The position numbers and the translations under genes were made by a program. From Diadema antillarum (taxonomy: Eukaryota), in the NCBI RefSeq assembly GCF_040938485.1, contig NW_027271049.1, forward strand, positions 1 to 64,000: DNA of 64,000 bases, written 5' to 3'. Under the pieces are notes generated by a model. It ran no database searches. It worked only from the letters and a program-made list of their open reading frames with translations, and was not told the DNA's origin. Of this stretch, positions 54,960 to 64,000 are shown one piece after another (within the stretch, counting starts at the first letter, position 1; each line of letters begins with the position of its first letter).

Positions 54960-55538
54960 CGCGTGAGGTGAGCGGACGATGGGACAGACTGAGTGAAGGA
55001 AAGAAGAGGAGAACAAAGTAGAGAGAAGCAGATAGAGCGGGAGAGAGAGAGGGAGAGAGATTTGCACAGCGGAAGTCTCAGCGGACGCTGTTAGCTTCGG
55101 TCGGGGTCACGCGGGGCGGCGGCTGCTGCTGCTGGAGCAGGCGATATGACTACACGCAGGTGCGACAGACTGCGTGGCACCACGCTAGCCGCAGATCAGA
55201 CTGTCAGGAGTGACGTAGCCCGACCGCTCGGGCGGCTCGCCTGATCCTGGATGCGCGCAGGTCGCGAACGAGGCAGTGCCGCTAACAGAGGAAGTTCGCT
55301 TTGCAATAGGTAGAGATACGCAGCATTTCCAATCGTGATAGCGGTCATAAGACCTGATAAAACAGGCTAAATATGTCAGGACAATTCTAGTGGACGTAAA
55401 AAGACCTTGTAGAGGTCTACGCACGAAGCCCAATGCTGTTTTTTGATATTCGAAGCAGTCTCTTCGCCAGTGTTCGCTGTCGACATGCAAGCGCCAAAAA
55501 AGACGCTTTGTGCACATGAGATAGTTCAAGCAAGTGGT
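54960..55538 (+). promoter_or_regulatory. CpG-rich candidate promoter and first exon
   Basis: GA-rich tract, Ets-type CGGAAGT at 55070-55076, the strongest CpG island of the window, donor TGGT|GTAAGT at 55539. Possible ATG at 55485 (MQAPKKTLCAHEIVQASG, phase 0). Orientation is not certain. Confidence 0.35.
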
Positions 55539-55559
55539 GTAAGTGGAAATTCATTTCAT

Positions 55560-58500
55560 CTTATGATCGCAGAGTAGAACTATACAAGAAAATACCAATG
55601 CAGTACCTATCAATCACTCTGAATTAGGCTCTCCACGCGCAGAAATCATTGTGGTAAGTTATCAAACTAAAGCCAGATAGGATATTGTTGCTTTAGAATA
55701 AATTGACTGAAACATTTTTAGGACATTCAGAAATATTCAGTTTCAGTATCCAAGGAACTACTTGTGCCTGTGGTTATTGGCATTGAATTTCTCATTAATA
55801 CTTGGAAAGAGGCGTAAAAGGACAAAAAGGATTGTTTCCAAAGAATAAAAAAAAAAACACTTTACATGAAATTCTGATCCAGTAATCATACTGTGTTTTA
55901 TCATTTGACAGATTATAATAAGCAAAGAGAGCTATATCTGGCCGAAGTTAAAGAGCCCGTTTAAATAAAAAAAAAAAATCACTCAACAGCAGAATTAAGT
56001 GATTAAAAGCATACAAGCAATAAATACTGAGTGCATAAGAGCTAGGGTTACCTGAACTTACACGTGTCTCTCAACAACGACCCAGCAATGTTGCTACAAA
56101 CTTTATTCGATGTCTTGTTGAGTGTATGTATTCGCTTTGACCAGGGCAACATTTGTACATGGCTATGCGATAAGACATGTCCACATTCACACATACATAC
56201 ACAGAGACAAACAGACACACATACATACAAATGAGCAAAGGACCGCGAGCACAATGTTAAGTTATAGGACCAAAGAACTAACAATCATATCACAATATCA
56301 TGAACTTATTTCCAGACTCCTCAGGTGTCAATAGTAGGTTGATAGATAAACTGATATAGTATATACATTTTGAATAAGGTCATTCCCGGATATTCTGACT
56401 GAAACACACATACAAACGCACACACACACACACACACTCATACACAACAGTAATAACAACGGCAACAACAAAATGGGACCAAGTATTCGTTATCATTAAA
56501 ATTGAGTGAAAGTGTGTGGTAGAAGCATTAGAAGCAAGGTCTAGTAAAGAAAAAAAAAATTGTCGACCTTGCACAACCTGGATAATTCTCAATGGCAATT
56601 TCCCTTTCTTCGCACGAATATTGTCTTCTGAAATAAGAATCAAAATCCTGGTATTGAACAATTCATTATCCAGAGGGACTGTCGTTTTTATCATTGCCGC
56701 AAAGAATAAATGCGGTCATACAATTATAACAAATCTTTAGACAGTCTGTTACACACAGAGAATACAGTGTAAATGTAATACGTATAAATGTGTGTGTTTG
56801 TGTTTTGTCTCGTTAGAATTCGTTATACCTTTTGATCTGAAGAATTATAATGTTTACGTTTCATAAGAACATTGGGCACCACGTCTTTTGAGTAACGTTA
56901 GAGTCACTTGACCAAGGTTTTACTCTCATGATTCAAAACGACCCCCGTGCTTCGTCACCGAATGACTCTTACGCCGCGATCGTCTTGACAATGCTCAAAT
57001 GTACTGAAATGGTCACTTTTGTGCCGTCTCTTTAGTTTCCCTTGTTTTATTATGTGTTTTTTTAAGAAACTTATGTGGCACTTCACTTTAAGTAGTAACA
57101 ACGGTCACGTATTACGTCATCGGTTAGAATTGCTGAGTGGAATTAAAGCTGACTCCTTGACCAGTGGCTAAATATATTCTGAGATACGATAACGAAGGCA
57201 GCGGAATAAGATGAAGCAGTTTGGTGATCGAAGCCCTGATATAACCATGACATCTTATATCTTGACGATAAAAAGGATGGAGGTTGTCCGCAAGTACGCA
57301 TTCAATGTTAATTACTCGTTTGATCTCTTTTTTGTTATAACTAGGAATTAAATTCCAGTACGACTTTGTATAACATTGCCATTCCTGGAGGTCAAAGTTT
57401 CAGCTACTATCAGCCCAATCGTGTATTTCTGATACATTTAGTGAGAATTAGCTGCTTAGTTGCTCAAGAGCGCTCAGCAATGATGGAATAGGGTAACTTA
57501 ATGTTAAATGTATAACAATGCAAATCAGAATACAGATGGAAAATAAAAAGACTACGTCTACACCCAACCTACACACTTTCTATTTCATAAAAAATGTCGT
57601 GTGAACTAAAACAAAGACGAAGTGAAGCAACTGACACTCGAAATCGTTATAGACACTCATCCTATCATCACCTCTTATTCCCCCCTCATCTTCTATTTCT
57701 TCTCTCTTTGTCCTCCTGTGCTTCCGCCTCCTCCTCCTCCGCCCCCTCCTCCTCCTCCTCCTCCTTATGATCGCAGAGTAGAACTATACAAGAAAATACC
57801 AATGCAGTACCTATCAATCACTCTGAATTAGGCTCTCCACGCGCAGAAATCATTGTGGTAAGTTATCAAACTAAAGCCAGATAGGATTTTGTTGCTTTAG
57901 AATAAATTGACTGAAACATTTTTAGGACATTCAGAAATATTCAGTTTCAGTATCCAAGGAACTACTTGTGCCTGTGGTTATTGGCATTGAATTTCTCATT
58001 AATACTTGGAAAGAGGCGTAAAAGGACAAAGATTGTTTCCAAAGAATAAAAAAAAAAAACACTTTATATGAAATTCTGATCCAGTAATCATACTGTGTTT
58101 TATCATTTGACAGATTATAATAAGCAAAGAGAGCTATATCTGGCCGAAGTTAAAGAGCCCGTTTAAATAAAAAAAAAAATCACTCAACAGCAGAATTAAG
58201 TGATTAAAAGCATACAAGCAATAAATACTGAGTGCATAAGAGCTAGGGTTACCTGAACTTACACGTGTCTCTCAACAACGACCCAGCAGAGTTGCTACAA
58301 ACTTTATTCGATGTCTTGTTGAGTGTATGTATTCGCTTTGATCAGGGCAACATTTGTACATGGCTATGCGATAAGACATGTCCACATTCACACATACATA
58401 CACAGAGACAAACAGACACACATACATACAAATGAGCAAAGGACCGCGAGCACAATGTTAAGTTATAGGACCAAAGAACTAACAATCATATCACAATATC

Positions 58501-59756
58501 ATGAACTTATTTCCAGACTCCTCAGGTGTCAATAGTAGGTTGATAGATAAACTGATATAGTATATACATTTTGAATAAGGTCATTCCCGGATATTCTGAC
58601 TGAAACACACATACAAACGCACACACACACACACTCATACACAACAGTAATAACAACGGCAACAACAAAATGGGACCAAGTATTCGTTATCATTAAAATT
58701 GAGTGAAAGTGTGTGGTAGAAGCATTAGAAGCAAGGTCTAGTAAAGAAAAAAAATTGTCGACCTTGCACAACCTGGATAATTCTCCATGGCAATTTCCCT
58801 TTCTTCGCACGAATATTGTCTTCTGAAATAAGAATCAAAATCCTGGTATTGAACAATTCATTATCCAGAGGGACTGTCGTTTTTATCATTGCCGCAAAGA
58901 ATAAATGCGGTCATACAATTATAACAAATCTTTAGACAGTCTGTTACACACAGAGAATACAGTGTAAATGTAATACGTATAAATGTGTGTGTTTGTGTTT
59001 TGTCTCGTTAGAATTCGTTATACCTTTTGATCTGAAGAATTATAATGTTTACGTTTTATAAGAACATTGGGCACCACGTCTTTTGAGTAACGTTAGAGTC
59101 ACTTGACCAAGGTTTTACTCTCATGATTCAAAACGACCCCCGTGCTTCGTCACCGAATGACTCTTACGCCGCGATCGTCTTGACAATGCTCAAATGTACT
59201 GAAATGGTCACTTTTGTGCCGTCTCTTTAGTTTCCCTTGTTTTATTATGTGTTTTTTTAAGAAACTTATGTGGCACTTCACTTTAAGTAGTAACAACGGT
59301 CACGTATTACGTCATCGGTTAGAATTGCTGAGTGGAATTAAAGCTGACTCCTTGACCAGTGGCTAAATATATTCTGAGATACGATAACGAAGGCAGCGGA
59401 ATAAGATGAAGCAGTTTGGTGATCGAAGCCCTGATATAACCATGACATCTTATATCTTGACGATAAAAAGGATGGAGGTTGTCCGCAAGTACGCATTCAA
59501 TGTTAATTACTCGTTTGATCTCTTTTTTGTTATAACTAGGAATTAAATTCCAGTACGACTTTGTATAACATTGCCATTCCTGGAGGTCAAAGTTTCAGCT
59601 ACTATCAGCCCAATCGTGTATTTCTGATACATTTAGTGAGAATTAGCTGCTTAGTTGCTCAAGAGCGCTCAGCAATGATGGAATAGGGTAACTTAATGTT
59701 AAATGTATAACAATGCAAATCAGAATACAGATGGAAAATAAAAAGACTACGTCTAC
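55560..59756. repeat. Near-identical ~2.2-kb tandem duplication (copy 1 55560-57561, 202-bp spacer, copy 2 57764-59756 ending at a gap)
   Basis: Both copies start CTTATGATCGCAGAGTAGAACTATAC and match to GACTACGTCTAC, with a handful of substitutions and small indels. Confidence 0.97.
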
Positions 59757-61002
59757 NNNNNNNNNNNNNNNNNNNNNNNNNNNNNNNNNNNNNNNNNNNN
59801 NNNNNNNNNNNNNNNNNNNNNNNNNNNNNNNNNNNNNNNNNNNNNNNNNNNNNNNNNNNNNNNNNNNNNNNNNNNNNNNNNNNNNNNNNNNNNNNNNNNN
59901 NNNNNNNNNNNNTCCTGCCCATCTCCTAATCCAAAGTCCTGGTATTTCATATTTTTTCTTCCATTCTCACACCCATACCTTCTGTCAGTGCTGATCAGTG
60001 GGGTTAAGGTGGAAATAATTTGTAAAGGTGCGAAAAGGTCACTCAGAGTCTATTGCCCTACTTCCGTTGTTTATCGAACCACCGAGCGGCAGATCCGTCC
60101 TTCTATATAGTATACCTCTTTTCGTGAAAAGAATGGAACGCCTCTCCTTCCCTTTCTCTCACTAGCGCGCGCTCGCTTCTCAGCCGCGAATCCTGTCACA
60201 AATTCCTGTTGCAGGTTAGTGACACTGATGCTTCATTGTAATTTTCTAAGGAGACAGTAGAGTGAATTCTTTCTTTTTTTATGTCGTTGTTGTTCTACGA
60301 GAAGGGGTGAGAGAGGGAGGAGGGGGTAGATTCCAGTAATAATACTCTGTGTCCCAATAGCTGTCTATAAGTAATGACAGATGAGAGGTAGTAGTAGAAA
60401 AGTAGCGTAGTTACAACGGTAGCCATCACGAATCTTTAAGAGGAGAGCTGCGTACGGCTGTCTTTGGATGGCAGCAGATTTTAGAGGTGTAGGTTTGGGT
60501 CTATTAAAGCCCAATCAACAACAGCAGCAATGATGATAATGCTACTGGTGAAAGCCGAGATGGCTAGTTGTTGCAAAATGTCTGCCGGAGAGCAATAATA
60601 ATAATAATAATAATAATAAATACAAAAGTGGAAAATAAATGGCACATATGAAATATCATTGCCTTCCGAACACACTGATTCTATAATGAAGAATTGGGTA
60701 TCAAATGTTTAAAGCAGTGCCATGTTGTCCCTGTAGAAACCTCCTGAAACACTGCTTCAACTGCCAAATGTTTTATATAAATAGTTAATTGTTTATAACA
60801 TTGTGTAACATTGAGTACAACAATCGATGTAAGAATCCTCAGCCAATAATCATATTATCATTTAATCACATTTGTTTTTGCAAGATTACATTGTGAATGT
60901 GTGTTTTGTTGTCGTTGTTGGTGTCTAATCAATAAGATATTTGATGTCTATCACATTGATGTCATAATTCTCAGGGCAAAAAAAAAAAATAATGTCACTC
61001 AC

Positions 61003-61090
61003 CCTGTGATTTGGAGGTGGAGATTTGTCTTTGAGCATCACAGGTGTTCAAAGAAGGTGTTTCCTGCTTCTTGTTGGGAAGAGGCTCCAT
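61003..61090 (-). CDS. Candidate first coding segment (MEPLPNKKQETPSLNTCDAQRQISTSKSQ, phase 1) within a 318-nt exon 61003-61320
   Basis: Long pyrimidine tract plus CAG|TAG acceptor at 61323-61318. In-frame upstream stop, then ATG in GAGATGG context. Donor CAGG|GTGAGT (intron starts 61002). No homology recognised. Confidence 0.38.
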
Positions 61091-64000
61091 CTCGGGATAA
61101 TATCACGCGATGCTAGGAGCTCCTAGCAGCGTAGAGAGAGGATCATCTTTGCGTCTCCTCAACATCATCACCGCACCATCCGGCCATCTCGCATCGCATG
61201 CGGGGAGGACACCCAGCTCCGCTGACGCTGATATCCCGACGCCGCGCCGGCGAATGCCCGTGATCTGAAGACATCGTTCCCTGTGCTGATTACTCTAGCA
61301 CATTGCTCGTAGCTGTTCTACTGGTAGACAGCGAAATAAAGAAAAAAAAAGAAGAAAACAAAACAATTAAGAAGAGAATGCAGTACAAATTAATCCAATT
61401 TAATTTGAGGAAAACGCTCACATATTTTGATGTTTATTTTGGAGATAAACTTTTTTAATAATTCAAAAATCCAAGAAAATCACTACTCAACATATAAATC
61501 ATGACTTTGCCATTTCTAATCTCCAGTGATTCTGTTATTTCGATATCCTCATTTTACGCTTGGCTTCAGACTCTTTAAAGCAAATTTATCACGCTGAACA
61601 AACAGCTCGATTAAATCATTCGGTAGAAAAAAAAAACGACAAACAAAATCACTCAATTTCGTGTTACAACATACATACTTACAACAACGTATGGCATAAC
61701 AAACACGTGTACAGATGATAATTATCACAATCCTATTGACAGCTTGAATAAATAGTTGATAATATTGTCATGACCCGCGTTGGAAATTCGAATTCACACT
61801 TGAATCAATTCATACGAAGGCCCTGAAAGTTTATTACGTATATCAAAGATATAGCGAAGCCACTATATTATATCTTCACAACATAGTAATGTAATCAGGT
61901 GTAAATTATTCATCAAAAGTCTTTTACACAATATTATCTCTGTCGTTGATAAAGAAAAAAGTGTATATATAACATTCATGACGAAAAAGAAATGAAAAAT
62001 TTGACAATAGATCAGGATTTTTGTTAATACATTCTTCTTAAACTCCATCGTGTCTGATCATGATATCATGATAATTAGAATTAATCTGGTAAACACCTCA
62101 TAATAGAATATAAATTACATCACTCGTTACGCAAACAAATCATGTCCCTGAGACATTTTACTCACGACATGACCTCTATGCAAATGCCACCTGAGTAGCT
62201 GAAGGTTTTTCAAATATTTATTTGACAGACACGTACGCTGGCCCTGGCTTAGCAAAAACCATTTGTAAATTTTCACACGACGAGGCGTATTTATCCGGAC
62301 ATTTCCCATATTTTTTTCCTACACATGATGAGTTGCAAAAAGCGTAATGTTGAAAAGCCGTTATACTTCCATTGGTCATTAAAGGCACCGTTTTTTCACA
62401 GTTTTGAAAAAAAAAATCTAAATCTCATGGTTGTATAATTTATGCTGCCGATTTCTATATTATTGTGTCAAACAGAAAAGCTGTCAAAGTAGCTTACAAT
62501 ATTATCATTAAATGTCTCCCAAAGTGTAGGAAATGGGAATGACAACAAAATTTGACATACTTGAATTTTCCATTTACATATTTCTTCTAATTATTTGATA
62601 ATATTTTTGATAATATAAACTATTTCAAAATCGATTCAGTAGTTTGGCTCCAGGCTGCCCTCAAAATGGTAACAGAATGATAAAAATTTATATGCATGTT
62701 CGCATTGCGCATTAATTCATTTTACTTTAACATTATTGTGCAACATAGTCAGCAGTGTTCTATCGCTTATAGAATCAAGTCACCATAATGTTAAACATTG
62801 TTCCTTTAAAATGCAAAGAATAAACCACATACATTTAATACCATCTACTCAAGACATTTACGTCACAAGGGGTATCAAATTGTGTCAAAAAAAGACAAAG
62901 CGTGCCCAGAAGATTCTTATTTTATTTTAATCTTATTGCCGCTGGCTGGGACGAAATTTCCTCTTGAAGTGGAGACGTAGAGATTCCATGTCGAGAGTCC
63001 TAGGGAAGTAGTGTAGCAACTGGTACGTATATATCATACCCGTGTCGTGATCTGTTTTCTATCAAAACCGGCCATCGTTCTATCTTCTTCCTTCGGTCAA
63101 TAAGGAGCGGAGGCGATCAGAATCAACTGTTAGCTGATTGAGTTTTGATTTGACAGGTCGTTGTTAGTCTTTCTCTCAAAGACAAAGGTCTCTGTACTTT
63201 TCCGATTCAACCAGACGATTGTAAGAGTGTTGTCTATATCTTTTTCATACTATTTGCCTTTGCCACTGCTTAGCTCGGCATGAGATTCCCCTTTTAACTG
63301 TGTTTAATGGTAGTTCACCTTGTGTTCTCTTTTTCGCGTCGATACTAAACGTGACAGAACAGCAGATCACAATGGAAATAGTAGTCTGGTTTGATCTTGT
63401 TGATTTAAGTGTAGATAAGGTAGTTATTATTCCTTGATGACTTATCTCGCCACGTCGGACATACAAGGACACCGGTAAAATTGAGCCCTAACCTTCAGCT
63501 TTTCCCACATGCAAGGTAATTCGCTTTTTTGTCCTTTATGTTCTCATTATGTTCTCAGTAAAAAATAGAAAGCGCACACGTTTCTCGAGAATTAGTGGTG
63601 CGCTAATTTTTTTTTAAACACCAGGTGAACATATGAATACATCACCTCAGGATAATCGAGAGATAGATATTAAAGCTATATTCTCAATTCTGCGACATAA
63701 AAATTACAGTAGGAAAGTTGATGTCCACTTATGAACGCAGAAGATGCCACTTCTCAAGTACATGACCATGCACTATATATCCGATTGTTCTACTGCTTCA
63801 GATGATGATAATGATACTCAACAATCATAATCATCATTATCATTATCATTATCATAAAATGATAATAATGTATCACGAGTTACACATTTAAAGAATACCA
63901 CAATTTGGCGACGATTGTTTGACATGTTATGGCATTTATTACAATTAATTTGAAATACAATTTAACGGTATTAATCGTTACTGAGAAGGAGCATTCTGTC

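Overview
This is AT-rich eukaryotic genomic DNA from a gapped draft assembly, with six N-gaps of about 135-175 nt that mostly sit next to simple repeats. The repeat families (TTAA-flanked AGG...CCT MITEs, a tRNA-headed SINE, long G/C homopolymers) look like those of a marine invertebrate, probably an echinoderm such as a sea urchin; that assignment is inference. I found no long ORF and no recognisable protein domain. The longest ORFs in the track are translations of microsatellites. There are no rRNA, true tRNA, CRISPR or prokaryotic features. The window reads as intronic or regulatory territory. It contains at least 8 MITE-like elements, 2 SINE copies, several near-perfect fold-back elements, a ~2.2-kb tandem duplication, many simple repeats and numerous CpG-rich islands. 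Several islands carry splice-site and start-codon signatures. These suggest a large minus-strand gene with multiple alternative 5' exons whose common exons would lie left of the window, plus a few plus-strand exon candidates. All exon calls are motif-based and tentative. I did not find convincing evidence for a novel biological system.
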